Shown here piece after piece: positions 9,157 through 19,055 of a stretch of DNA of 30,457 nt. This DNA comes from a virus (Duplodnaviria > Caudoviricetes). A model generated the notes under the pieces. That model saw only the letters and a program-made list of their open reading frames with translations. It was not told the origin of the DNA and did not search any database. A program made the position numbers and the translations under genes. The stretch lies in the IMG/VR virus record IMGVR_UViG_3300020043_004640, positions 1 through 30,457 of that record; one strand, given 5' to 3'. Each line of letters begins with the position of its first letter. Position 1 is the first letter of the stretch.

Positions 9157-10748
9157 TGCCTCTTGTACCTCTCGCAACGTACAAGACGCCACGGCGTGCG
9201 GCGCAAGCTCGTAACCACCAGGTCGCGGCTTTGCTCGCCCCTACAAAAGGCCTGAACTACCGCGATTCATTTATTACGCTTGACCCAAAGGACGCCGTCG
9301 TCCTGAATAACTTTGTTGCGCGGCCGACTGGCGTGCAGCTGCGCGGCGGGTATCAAAAGCATGCAATCGGGCTTGGTGGTGCGGTTGCGTCGTTGATGCC
9401 ATATCTGGCTCAGAACCCGCTCGACAGCAAGCTCTTTGCAGCCGTTGGCGCTGAGATATTCGACGTCACGACAGCTGTTGACTCTCCACTGCCAGAAGAG
9501 ACAACAACATCAACAGACGGCATCTGGAGCTCGTTGATGTTTTCGGGTGCTACCGAAAACTATCTCTGCATGACCAGCCCATCGGGCGGTTATTGGACAT
9601 ACGACTCAACGACTGGATGGGTTGATCGCGCTGCGGCCGTGACCGGTTTTACTGGCACCTTTGGCCCCATCGCGGCATGGAAGCGCCGCCTTTGGTTTGG
9701 TGCCAACGGCACGGCCAAGGTCTATTACCTTGCTCCTAACGCACTCCAGGGCGCGGCCACTGAACTTGATCTTGGGCCTCTGATGCAGCGTGGCGGTTCA
9801 ATCGTTGCGATGGTTAATTGGACGATGAACGCCGGCCTGGACATCGATGACTATCTGGTCTTCTTTGGTTCGCAGGGCGACGTCATCGTCTATCAGGGCA
9901 CCGATCCAGATGATCCCGCCACGTTTCAGCTCAAGGGCATTTGGTATGTCGGGCGCCCACCCGTAGGCGATCGGTTCTACACAGAGTACGGCGGCGAGCT
10001 CTTCATCTTGACTGAGCTTGGCCTCTTGCCATTGTCCAAGATGGTCAACGGTCAGGTCGCCAACACCTACAACGTGCTGTCGGCGCCGATCGCTCCGGTG
10101 CTGTCTCCTCTCATTTCGCGATTAATTGACGATCCTATCTGGGAGCTGACTCTCATCGAGGACAACGATGTCCTGATGGTTAAGGTGCCGCGAGACTCGA
10201 GCAGTTACACGCAGTACGTCATGTTTATCCAGACCGGCGCCTGGAGCACGTTTACCGGCATGCCGATTAACTGCAGCAAAACCTTTAACGGCCAGATGTA
10301 CTTTGGAGATGAAGACGGAAATGTCCAGCTCGGGTTGAACGTCAAGCGCGACGGCATGGATATCAACGGCGTCGGTGGAACGTATGTTGTCGGCCAGTGC
10401 CAGGGCGGCTTTAACGCATTTGGAGCCCCGGCAAACCTGAAGATTTTTGGCATGGCTCGCCCGATCTTGATCGGTGCAAACCCACCTGCCGTCCAAGCTC
10501 AAATGAACGTCGAGTACAGCTTCAACCCGATTTATTCCTCTCCAAGCTTTAACGCAACGGTGGGAGCCAACTGGGATGAGGGCGTATGGGACGAGGCTTC
10601 CTGGTCAGGCTCAATGAACACTTATGCCGCTTGGGTTGGCGTGCAGAACATGGGCTACTACGGCTCGCTGCGTCTGTCGGTGAAAGGCGACCCAGGGACC
10701 ATCTATGTATCCAGCAATGTGATGTACCAGACTGGCGGGGTGATGTGA
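9156..10748 (+). CDS. Tail nozzle/hub (tail tubular B / P22 gp10-like)
   Basis: 530 aa beta-propeller-like (WKRRLWF, YQGTDP), TGATG coupling, follows the adaptor. Confidence 0.75.
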   Translation: MPLVPLATYKTPRRAAQARNHQVAALLAPTKGLNYRDSFITLDPKDAVVLNNFVARPTGVQLRGGYQKHAIGLGGAVASLMPYLAQNPLDSKLFAAVGAEIFDVTTAVDSPLPEETTTSTDGIWSSLMFSGATENYLCMTSPSGGYWTYDSTTGWVDRAAAVTGFTGTFGPIAAWKRRLWFGANGTAKVYYLAPNALQGAATELDLGPLMQRGGSIVAMVNWTMNAGLDIDDYLVFFGSQGDVIVYQGTDPDDPATFQLKGIWYVGRPPVGDRFYTEYGGELFILTELGLLPLSKMVNGQVANTYNVLSAPIAPVLSPLISRLIDDPIWELTLIEDNDVLMVKVPRDSSSYTQYVMFIQTGAWSTFTGMPINCSKTFNGQMYFGDEDGNVQLGLNVKRDGMDINGVGGTYVVGQCQGGFNAFGAPANLKIFGMARPILIGANPPAVQAQMNVEYSFNPIYSSPSFNATVGANWDEGVWDEASWSGSMNTYAAWVGVQNMGYYGSLRLSVKGDPGTIYVSSNVMYQTGGVM

Positions 10749-11197
10749 TGCTGATTGGCGCACGCACTGACGCAGAACGCAGGACAGCAGCCGGCATCTT
10801 GTTTGAAAAGGCCGGCGTGCAGCCATGCGCTGATATGCAGGCGCTTGTGTGGGTCAATGAGAATCAGCAGGTTGAATGGGTTGTCGGTTACACGGGCTTC
10901 GTTGGCAAAACTTGTCAGATGCACGTTGTGAATTTAGTAACGCGCAGAGCTCCTCGCAAGATGCTTTGGGCTGCGTTTGACTATCCATTCAACCAACTGA
11001 ATTTGCAGACGGTGCTCGGCATCGTCAACAGCAAGAACGAGCAGGCGATGAAGTTCGATCGTCACTTGGGTTTTAAAGAGCTTTTGCGACTTGAAGGTCA
11101 GCATGAAAACGGCGGCGATCTAGTCGTCTTCGCAATGGACAAAGACGAGTGCCGCTGGATACAGGAGAACGAGCATGAAAAAAGAATGGTCGCGTAG
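10748..11197 (+). CDS. GNAT-family acetyltransferase-like virion assembly protein
   Basis: True start is ATG 10748 (TGATG overlap); FDYPFNQL, N..AMKFDRHLGF..LRLEG, ECRW. Confidence 0.8.
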   Translation: MLIGARTDAERRTAAGILFEKAGVQPCADMQALVWVNENQQVEWVVGYTGFVGKTCQMHVVNLVTRRAPRKMLWAAFDYPFNQLNLQTVLGIVNSKNEQAMKFDRHLGFKELLRLEGQHENGGDLVVFAMDKDECRWIQENEHEKRMVA

Positions 11198-12539
11198 GGA
11201 GCTCTACGCTCACGGCGAACCTTTTGGTGACTGCGCTACCCAGCGAAAGCTTGGTGGCGGCTACATCTGCGGCGGTGGCGGCAAAGGCTCCGCGCCTCAA
11301 GCACCGGACTACACGGCTGCGGCTGAGAAGCAGGGTGAGTCCTCTAAAGAAGTTACCAACATGCAGACCTGGGCCAATCGCCCAAATCAAAGCACGCCAT
11401 GGGGAAACATTAATTGGAACGCTACTGCCGCAACTGATCCAGCTACTGGTCAGCCGGTAACGCAGTGGCAACAGTCTTACAACTTGACTCCTGAGTCACA
11501 GCGTGCGCTTGATTCACAAATGAAGCTTCAGACCGAGCGCAGTGAGCTTGCTGGCAGCTTTATGGATCGTGTGCGGAATGACTTAAGCACGCCATTCAAC
11601 TGGGGTGGAATGCCAAAAGCAGGCGATCCCCTTTCTCGCACTGAGTTTGAGCGCGTCAACACAGCTCCTCGCTTGCAGACAGAGCTTGACACCTCGGCAA
11701 ACCCTGCAGAGCGCATGCGCATTGAGAACGCCCTGTTTGATCGTATGCGCCCGATTCACGATCAGCAGCAAACAGCTCTAGACGCCAAGCTTGCAAACAT
11801 GGGCATCACAGCTGGATCTGAAGCCTACAACCGGGCAACGCAACGCTTGGGCGACCAGCAATCACGCGAGCGATTTAATGCTCTCGAGATGGGCGGCAAT
11901 GAAATGCAGCGCTTGTTTGGCATGCAGCTGCAGGAAGGTCAATTTGAGAACACCGCCAAGCAAAACCAGCAGGGACTCGACCTCAATACGACTGGCTTCA
12001 ACAACCAGGTCTCGACCAATCGCTTCAATCAAGATGTAGCAATTTCTGAGTATCAGAACAAGCTGCGTCAGCAGGCAATCGCTGAAGAAAACATGCGCCG
12101 TCTCTCGAGCTTGAACGAGATGAATGCGCTCTTGACTGGGCAGCAGGTTCAATACTCGGCTATGCCACAGTTCAATGCGTCAGCCGCTTCACAGCCAGTG
12201 CAATACCTGCCTGCAGCTACATCTCAGTACCAGAGCAATCTGGACGCGTTCAACGCGCAAAACCAGAACGCAAACAGCTTCACAAGCGGCCTATTTGGCC
12301 TTGGCGGCTCGCTTGGTAGCGCAGCCATGTTTGCCTTCTCTGACTCACGCCTGAAGAAGATCATCAAGCGCGTCGGTGAAGCACAAGGCATCCCGCTCTA
12401 CCTGTTTAAGTACTTGGGCAGCAACACCGAGCACATTGGCCCGATCGCTCAAGAAGTGCAGAAGATTCGTCCTGACTTGGTCAAGCGCCATCAGAACGGC
12501 TACTTGATGGTTAATTACAAACTACTGATGGAGGCTTGA
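11175..12539 (+). CDS. Ejection (DNA transfer) protein with C-terminal peptidase S74-like chaperone domain
   Basis: Leader ending CGGGGKG-APQAPDY; Gln/Asn-rich helical body; SDSRLK...AQEV...VNY tail. Confidence 0.75.
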   Translation: MKKEWSRRELYAHGEPFGDCATQRKLGGGYICGGGGKGSAPQAPDYTAAAEKQGESSKEVTNMQTWANRPNQSTPWGNINWNATAATDPATGQPVTQWQQSYNLTPESQRALDSQMKLQTERSELAGSFMDRVRNDLSTPFNWGGMPKAGDPLSRTEFERVNTAPRLQTELDTSANPAERMRIENALFDRMRPIHDQQQTALDAKLANMGITAGSEAYNRATQRLGDQQSRERFNALEMGGNEMQRLFGMQLQEGQFENTAKQNQQGLDLNTTGFNNQVSTNRFNQDVAISEYQNKLRQQAIAEENMRRLSSLNEMNALLTGQQVQYSAMPQFNASAASQPVQYLPAATSQYQSNLDAFNAQNQNANSFTSGLFGLGGSLGSAAMFAFSDSRLKKIIKRVGEAQGIPLYLFKYLGSNTEHIGPIAQEVQKIRPDLVKRHQNGYLMVNYKLLMEA

Positions 12540-12540
12540 T

Positions 12541-12999
12541 ATGGCCGGCGTAATTCCAATGAATGGTTATTTGACACCCGAGCAGGCCGCGATGTTGGCC
12601 GGCATTGAGGATCCCAACGATCGCATGAGCACGATGGGCGGCATGCAACGATTTGCAAACATGCTGCCCCAGATGAACCAGATCAAAGAGCGCAGCAACG
12701 GCCGCGTAGTGGGTCGCACTGATCCTATGGAAGGTTTGTCTCAGATGGGATCGCAGCTCGCTGGCGCGTACATGAACAAGAGTCTTATGGACAAGTACGG
12801 TTCAATCATGGACGCAAACAACCAGCAGCGCATGAACACGGCAAAGATGATTGCAGAAGCTTTGCGCAGAGCGCCTGCGGCGGGTGCCGCAACACCAGGT
12901 GTTGCTCAGTCTTACCCAGTCACTCCGCAAAGCCCACCTGTCACGGCTCCTATGACCTCGTATACGCCACACGAAATTGACTACTACGGCGGGTATTAA
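12541..12999 (+). CDS. Putative small ejection protein
   Basis: GGAGG RBS; Met/Gly/Gln-rich; lies in the ejection cluster. Confidence 0.6.
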   Translation: MAGVIPMNGYLTPEQAAMLAGIEDPNDRMSTMGGMQRFANMLPQMNQIKERSNGRVVGRTDPMEGLSQMGSQLAGAYMNKSLMDKYGSIMDANNQQRMNTAKMIAEALRRAPAAGAATPGVAQSYPVTPQSPPVTAPMTSYTPHEIDYYGGY

Positions 13000-14946
13000 A
13001 TGAACCAAGCGCTTGTCGATCAACTTCGCGCATACGGACAAGATCCCAACGTCAGGCATTTTCTTGATGTTGTGATCCCTGGCGCCGAAGGCACCACTCA
13101 GCACGGTTACTACACCGCGTTTGGTGGCGGTCGACTTGACGATATTACGGATCATCCACGCTATCTGAAGCCGTTCAAACAAACAGACGGCAAGACTAAT
13201 TACACAAGTGCGGCCGGAAAGTACCAATTCTTATCCAACACTTGGGATGAGACCGCCAAGGCCTTGGGGCTGTCTGACTTTGGACCAGAGAGCCAAGATC
13301 TGGGCGCCCTGTATCTGCTTCATCAGCGCGGCGTGCTTCCTGACTTGCAGAAGGGGGACTTTAAGACAGCGGTTAATAAGACTGGCAGCGTGTGGGCAAG
13401 CTTGCCGTCAAGCACCTACCCTCAACCCAAACAGAGTCAAGGTTTTATTGATTCTTTAGTCAGCAAGATGATTCCAGCGGCGCAGGCAGGAACCTTGCCG
13501 CCCAATGTAGGGCAATCACGCCCTACAAGTTTCAAATCACAAGTGCCAATAGCGCCTTTTGACGGTGGATATTTGCCTGAAGGTGTTGCTGGGTGGCTAT
13601 TAAGTCGTGCAGGTGGCCTCAATGAATTGAGACAGGATTTCGCAGCAAGACCAAATCGAATAAACGCAAATCCTTCGGGCTATGCGGTGAATGACTTTTT
13701 GATTCGCGCCAATGAAGCAAATGTACTGAGCGATGGAAGAGTCTTTGACTCTGAAGACGATCCATATGACTTTGAAAAATTTTACAAGCAAGCACAGAAC
13801 AGACCCGGAAACGTGCCGTCGACTCCACGGCCGCAGCAGTCGCAAGGAACTACAGCAATGAATACAACTCAGCCACCCCAGTCGGCGCTCCCGAATGCTC
13901 GAGGACTCTACAACCCCGAAGACCCGGTGAGTGTGTACAACTTCATTACAGCTAACCAGCAAAACGTGCCGGTCCAGCAGCTGACGCCCGAGCAGAAGCA
14001 AATGCTGATGGCTGATCGTCAGCAGCGTGCTGGCATGCTCCCGATGGCTCTGGCAGCTTCGCTTGCCGGCGACAAACGCGTCTCTGGGATGGGTAGCGCA
14101 CTAGCGGAGGAGGCGATGAAAGCACGCGGCCCGCAACGCCTGGGCAACGCTGGGTGGATCACCGAGGACGGCACAGTCATCAAAGATCCGTTCCAGGAAG
14201 AAGAAAGCGATCAACGTCGAAAAGACACGGCGCTCAACCTGGCGCTGCAGACATCGAACACGCAAGCGCTGCGTCGACTGGCTACTGAGAACACATTCAC
14301 ACAGGCCGGCAAAACACCAGACGGTAAGCCAGTCGTAAGCAATCGCACCGGCCAAACCTACGTTGTTGAGAGCGGACCAAATGGTCCGAGCTACACGCCG
14401 TACAGCCAAAACATTATTCCGACCGGCACCTACGACAAGAACGTGCAGGCCGTGCAGGAGGCGCTTGGCTCGGTAAGGCGCTCTGATGCGATTCTTGCGC
14501 AGGTAGAAAAGAACCCTGAAGCCTTTGGCATGGTTGCCCAGGGCGTATCGCGGCTTCCACAATTTGCACAAGGTCGTGCTGCAGAGATCTTGTTGCCACC
14601 TGAGACGATGAAGGCTCGCACAGACGTATTGCGCTCGGCAGCGCAGGAAATCAGCAGCCTCTATGGTGCAGCGCTTTCGCTTGGCGAACAGGCCCGCGCC
14701 AACACCTTCATCCCCAACCAGGATGACCCTCCACAGGTTGTCATTCAAAAGCTCAAGGCGGCTCGCGACTGGGCTCACGCAACAACCCAGAACTACGGTC
14801 CTGGCGTGCTGCGTGATGCACAAGGTCGATCGACAATGCCGACGCCTCAAGCAGGACCACAATCTCCCGCAGCTGGAGGCGAAACACGCAAAACGATTAA
14901 CGGCAAGAACTACGTTAATCGTGGTGGCCAGTGGTTCGAGGAGTAA
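13000..14946 (+). CDS. Ejection protein with N-terminal lambda-R-like muramidase domain
   Basis: AEGT, DHPR, SAAGKYQFL..TW, DFGPESQD, WASLP lysozyme motifs in the first ~150 aa. Confidence 0.8.
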   Translation: MNQALVDQLRAYGQDPNVRHFLDVVIPGAEGTTQHGYYTAFGGGRLDDITDHPRYLKPFKQTDGKTNYTSAAGKYQFLSNTWDETAKALGLSDFGPESQDLGALYLLHQRGVLPDLQKGDFKTAVNKTGSVWASLPSSTYPQPKQSQGFIDSLVSKMIPAAQAGTLPPNVGQSRPTSFKSQVPIAPFDGGYLPEGVAGWLLSRAGGLNELRQDFAARPNRINANPSGYAVNDFLIRANEANVLSDGRVFDSEDDPYDFEKFYKQAQNRPGNVPSTPRPQQSQGTTAMNTTQPPQSALPNARGLYNPEDPVSVYNFITANQQNVPVQQLTPEQKQMLMADRQQRAGMLPMALAASLAGDKRVSGMGSALAEEAMKARGPQRLGNAGWITEDGTVIKDPFQEEESDQRRKDTALNLALQTSNTQALRRLATENTFTQAGKTPDGKPVVSNRTGQTYVVESGPNGPSYTPYSQNIIPTGTYDKNVQAVQEALGSVRRSDAILAQVEKNPEAFGMVAQGVSRLPQFAQGRAAEILLPPETMKARTDVLRSAAQEISSLYGAALSLGEQARANTFIPNQDDPPQVVIQKLKAARDWAHATTQNYGPGVLRDAQGRSTMPTPQAGPQSPAAGGETRKTINGKNYVNRGGQWFEE

Positions 14947-14949
14947 AGC

Positions 14950-16740
14950 ATGGTTAGACCAGTAACCGATCCAGCATTGCTTGAGGCCCTCAACGGAGGA
15001 GGCGGTGCCGTAACCGATCCCGCTTTGTTAGAGCTTCTGAATGCCAACCCACAAGCAGCCAAAGCTGCGCAGTTCGCAGGCGGCGACAACGTCAAAGAGA
15101 TGAACCCCGTCATGAAGGTGCTCGGGGGCGCCAAGAGCGCCTTTGACCGTGCAGCCTACGGCGTAGGGTCGTTGGTGCCTGACATCCTGCCCGACGGTGT
15201 TCGCGATTACATCAACGACAGTTCAATAGCCAAGTTTACTGGACTGACACTGCCATCAAACAAGCAGATGGCTGACGATGTCGCGCAAGGTCGCGCCTTT
15301 GTCAAAGAAGCAGGCGGCTGGGGCACTGCTGGAGATATCGCCGGCGAGGTTGGCTTGACCTTGGTGCCTGGTGCAAAGGGTATGCAGACCGTTCAGGCTG
15401 GCGGTCGCATGTTGCCTCGAGCTCTTGGATTCATCCCAAGCAGCACAACCGGAGCGGCTGCGATTAGCGGCGGTGCCATTAACGCCCTTACCACGCCTGA
15501 CGATCGCGTAGGCGGTGCAATAGCCGGTGCTGCAGGCGGTGCCATTGGTGACGTCGCGGGGCGAGCGTTGACAAAAACTCTAGGTGGCATGATTTCCAAT
15601 AGGGTTACGCCTGACGCCCGCCATCTGATGGACGACGGTGTCTTCGTTCCGATGTGGAAAGGCACCGACAGCGGCCTTGTGCGCAATTTGTCCGAGCGAG
15701 CCAAAGTTCTCCCGATCGCTGGCGACATCATTCGCGGGCAAGAGCGCTCGGCATTTGAAAGCTTTAACAAACGCCTGGCTGAAATTGCAACACCGCCCAA
15801 GCCTGTGCTTGATGACGTCGGCAACGTGCTGCGCTGGGAAAACAGCCCTGTGAAGCTTTCTGGCTCGGACGCTATTAACGGCCTGCGCGGCCGCTTCAAC
15901 GACGCTTACGACGCGCTCTACAAAGGGCGCGGGATCCCAGTCGACGACGTCTATGCAAACCAGACAGCAAACATTCTGGAGAGCACTAAAAATTACTTCC
16001 CGCGCATAGCAGACGATGTCGAAGCGGCTTTTAGACAGGCAGACGACATCCTTCGCAAGGGCACAGAGACAACAACGTCACTAAGCCCAATCAGTAACGC
16101 GTCCGGTCAGCCGTTTGTAAACACCCAGCTTGGTCATGCAGCTACACGGCCAGAGTCGGTTAAGCAAGCGATCGATGTACTCGATACACGCATTAAGACA
16201 GCGTATGGGCGCGGTGATGCCGAGGCAGCAGAAGCCCTCAAGGATCTGCGCAGTTCGATTGAACAGCTGCGTATGCGCGGCTTGCCGCCCGAGGTTGCTG
16301 ACCAGGCTGCAGACATTAATAAGGCCTATGCAAGCTTCATCCAGCTGCAGCGTGCTAATGCCAGCCTGGGAGCTCAGAAGGCCGAGATGGTTTCCCCAGG
16401 GCAAATGCTTAACTCAATCAAAGCAGGTGATCGCACACCAAACAAATCTGCATTCTCAGGCGGCAACGCGCTGAACCAAGCAGAGGTTCTGCGTGCCGAG
16501 CGTGTGCTCGGGAATCGCTTGCCAGATGTCGGACCAGGTACTGCAGAAAAGCTTGCTCCCTTTATTGGCTTCGGGGGTCCCATGATCCTCGGTGACATGG
16601 GTGCAACGGCTTTACTTGGTACGAAAACCGGGCAGCGCTTTTTGATGGGCGACCTACCTGGTCAAGCAGGAATACGTCAATACGGAAGTCAATATCTTGT
16701 GCCGGCGCTTCGCAACTTCGGCATGTCGGTTGGAAATTAA
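14950..16740 (+). CDS. Large ejection protein
   Basis: VTDPALLE.LN twice at the N-terminus; Gly/Ala-rich hydrophobic segments; position. Confidence 0.65.
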   Translation: MVRPVTDPALLEALNGGGGAVTDPALLELLNANPQAAKAAQFAGGDNVKEMNPVMKVLGGAKSAFDRAAYGVGSLVPDILPDGVRDYINDSSIAKFTGLTLPSNKQMADDVAQGRAFVKEAGGWGTAGDIAGEVGLTLVPGAKGMQTVQAGGRMLPRALGFIPSSTTGAAAISGGAINALTTPDDRVGGAIAGAAGGAIGDVAGRALTKTLGGMISNRVTPDARHLMDDGVFVPMWKGTDSGLVRNLSERAKVLPIAGDIIRGQERSAFESFNKRLAEIATPPKPVLDDVGNVLRWENSPVKLSGSDAINGLRGRFNDAYDALYKGRGIPVDDVYANQTANILESTKNYFPRIADDVEAAFRQADDILRKGTETTTSLSPISNASGQPFVNTQLGHAATRPESVKQAIDVLDTRIKTAYGRGDAEAAEALKDLRSSIEQLRMRGLPPEVADQAADINKAYASFIQLQRANASLGAQKAEMVSPGQMLNSIKAGDRTPNKSAFSGGNALNQAEVLRAERVLGNRLPDVGPGTAEKLAPFIGFGGPMILGDMGATALLGTKTGQRFLMGDLPGQAGIRQYGSQYLVPALRNFGMSVGN

Positions 16741-16752
16741 AGGAGAAACGAA

Positions 16753-17553
16753 ATGCCACGCAACGCATCAGGCACCTACACACTGCCAGCTGGAAACCCA
16801 GTAGTAACTGGCACCCTAATCGAGTCCTCATGGGCTAATGACACGCTTGGCGATCTAGCCAGTGCAATGACGGACTCGCTTTCGCGTGACGGCGAAGGCG
16901 GCATGACTGCAGCTCTGCGCGTCGTTGACGGCACAGTCGGAGCACCCGGCCTTGCATTTGTGAACGAGACCGGCAGCGGCTTATATCGCACTGGTGCTGG
17001 CGATTACTCGCTCGGCGTGCTTGGCTCGCAGATCATGCGTTATCGCACAACGATTGTCGCGACCAGTGTGCCAATGAACTTTGTTGCTTCTACGGCCCCA
17101 ACGTGGGACACAAATACTTACATTTGGGCAGAGGGCGGCTTTGGCGCTCGTTATGACAGCTACCAGCATCGATTTGATGTGGGCAACACGCGAACGGAAG
17201 CTTTGAGAATTGAATCGAACGCAAAAATCTATGCGATGTCAGACATCATCGCCAACTACTCAGACGAGCGCCTAAAGACAAAACTCGGCAACCTTGAAAG
17301 CGCACTCGACAAGATTTGTGCGATCGAGACGTTCTATTACGAGGCGAACGAGACTGCCCAAGCGCTTGGCTACAAGGCAGAGCGTGAGGTCGGTGTATCG
17401 GCTCAATCAGTCCAAGCCGTATTCCCAGAGCTTGTCGCTCCTGCCCCAATTGATGCTCAATATCTAACGGTGCGTTACGAGCGCCTGGTTGCTCCGATCA
17501 TTGAAGCGATCAAGGAGCTGCGTGCCGAAGTAAAGGCACTCAAGGGAGAGTGA
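16753..17553 (+). CDS. Short tail fibre with C-terminal S74 intramolecular chaperone
   Basis: MPRNASGTYTLP anchor; YSDERLK...GVSAQSVQAVFPELV...VRYERL..IEAIKEL. Confidence 0.8.
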   Translation: MPRNASGTYTLPAGNPVVTGTLIESSWANDTLGDLASAMTDSLSRDGEGGMTAALRVVDGTVGAPGLAFVNETGSGLYRTGAGDYSLGVLGSQIMRYRTTIVATSVPMNFVASTAPTWDTNTYIWAEGGFGARYDSYQHRFDVGNTRTEALRIESNAKIYAMSDIIANYSDERLKTKLGNLESALDKICAIETFYYEANETAQALGYKAEREVGVSAQSVQAVFPELVAPAPIDAQYLTVRYERLVAPIIEAIKELRAEVKALKGE

Positions 17554-17554
17554 T

Positions 17555-17710
17555 ATGGCTGCAACGACATTCGGACCACAGGCGATAACGCTTCCAGTAG
17601 GAACTACTGGCGAGCGGCCGACTGGATCCTTTGGAATGATTCGAGGTAATTCGACCACCGGCAAGATCGAGTGGTACGACTCGGCAAGCTCAAGCTGGAA
17701 AGACTTGTAA
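17555..17710 (+). CDS. 51-aa adaptor-only paralogue of the adhesin N-terminus (not in ORF track)
   Basis: Translates as MAATTFGPQAITLPVGTTGERPTGSFGMIRGNSTTGKIEWYDSASSSWKDL*; GGAG RBS; many differences from the paralogue are synonymous. Confidence 0.8.
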   Translation: MAATTFGPQAITLPVGTTGERPTGSFGMIRGNSTTGKIEWYDSASSSWKDL

Positions 17711-17721
17711 AAGGAAAAAAC

Positions 17722-18615
17722 ATGGCTCAGACAAAAGCAGAACCACAGGCACTAACTATTCCAGTCGGCACGACGGCAGAGCGCCCAACGGGTGCATTCG
17801 GAATGATTCGCGCAAACTCGACTACCGGTAAGCCAGAGTACTACGACAGCGCAAGCAGCTCTTGGAAAGACCTTGGTGAATCTCCTTATTACGCGGTGAA
17901 TTTTCTCGTTGTAGCTGGTGGTGGTGGTGCCGGTAATTATGGCGGTGGCGGTGGTGCAGGTGGCGTTCTTACTAATATCGTAAATGTAAATATTGGAACG
18001 GCATACACAGTTACTGTTGGAGCTGGGGGCGCTGGGAACAGCGGCGATGGCGGCAATTCAGTTTTTAGTTCTTTTACTGCTATTGGCGGCGGTGGTGGTG
18101 GCAACAATGGTGGTGGTGGTGAAAACGGCAGAAACGGTGGTTCTGGTGGCGGCGCTTCCAACCAAAACGCTGTCGGTGCTAGAGGGTTAGGAACAGCAGG
18201 TCAAGGCAACAATGGTGCTCTTGGAAGTGGTCTTGCCAATACTGCGATAGGTGGTGGTGGTGGTGGCGCTTCCGCTGCTGGTGGTGCTCAAAACGGTGGA
18301 AATGGAATTTCCAGCTCAATATCCGGGTCAGTTGCATTTTATGCTGGCGGTGGTGGTGGAAATATTTATGGTGCAGGCGGGGGCACTGGCGGAACAGGCG
18401 GTGGTGGCGGTTACAACACGGCTGGCACTGCCAACACGGGTGGTGGTAGTGGATCAAATAACGGTGCAGCCCCAAATGGCGGCTCAGGAATTGTTATTCT
18501 TTCTTATCAAAATACCACACAGCGTGGTACTGGCGGCACGGTTACATCTTATACATCTGGTGGGTTAACTTATTGGGTGCATACCTTTACCACATCAGGC
18601 ACGTTCACAGCATAA
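17722..18615 (+). CDS. Glycine-rich adhesin / receptor-binding protein
   Basis: Start ATG 17722 after AAGGA; PVGTTAERP adaptor, then LVVAGGG...GGSGIVIL...HTFTTSGTF polyglycine domain. Confidence 0.75.
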   Translation: MAQTKAEPQALTIPVGTTAERPTGAFGMIRANSTTGKPEYYDSASSSWKDLGESPYYAVNFLVVAGGGGAGNYGGGGGAGGVLTNIVNVNIGTAYTVTVGAGGAGNSGDGGNSVFSSFTAIGGGGGGNNGGGGENGRNGGSGGGASNQNAVGARGLGTAGQGNNGALGSGLANTAIGGGGGGASAAGGAQNGGNGISSSISGSVAFYAGGGGGNIYGAGGGTGGTGGGGGYNTAGTANTGGGSGSNNGAAPNGGSGIVILSYQNTTQRGTGGTVTSYTSGGLTYWVHTFTTSGTFTA

Positions 18616-18624
18616 GGAGAAAAT

Positions 18625-19014
18625 ATGAGCCATTTTGCAATCGTTGACGAACAGGACATTGTTGTTCAGGTTCTTCGCATTACGCAGGACGTCATAAACA
18701 CCGGAGCGTTTGGTGATCCTGCTTCCTTTGTTCAGGTTAGCTTTAACACGCGTGGCGGCGTTCATTACGACCCAGAAACTGGTGAGCCCTCAGCTGACCA
18801 AAGCAAAGCATTACGCAAAAACTATCCGGGGATCGGTGACAAATACGATAGAACGCGCGACGCGTTTATCGGAAAGCAGCCTTTCGCTTCGTGGCTACTG
18901 AACGAAGAGACATGTCTCTGGAATGCGCCAGTAGCACGACCCACAGACGGAAAGCCATACAACTGGGACGAGGCGACGCTGTCTTGGAAGGAAATTGTGT
19001 TGCCAGCAGCATAG
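18625..19014 (+). CDS. Conserved companion of Gly-rich adhesins (possible assembly factor)
   Basis: MSHFA, SFNTRGG, LRKNY.GIG..YD..RDAF, SW.LNE.TC.W, WDE motifs; AAGGAG RBS. Confidence 0.7.
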   Translation: MSHFAIVDEQDIVVQVLRITQDVINTGAFGDPASFVQVSFNTRGGVHYDPETGEPSADQSKALRKNYPGIGDKYDRTRDAFIGKQPFASWLLNEETCLWNAPVARPTDGKPYNWDEATLSWKEIVLPAA

Positions 19015-19055
19015 AGAAAACAGCAACTGATTGAGAAACGTGAATAGGAAAGGCG

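Noticed and set aside
17555-17874. Diversity-generating retroelement TR/VR pair
   Set aside because: No reverse transcriptase in the window; mismatches are not adenine-specific and the repeat is N-terminal
17905-18480. GGT/GGC trinucleotide runs as a phase-variable repeat
   Set aside because: In-frame polyglycine coding of the adhesin domain
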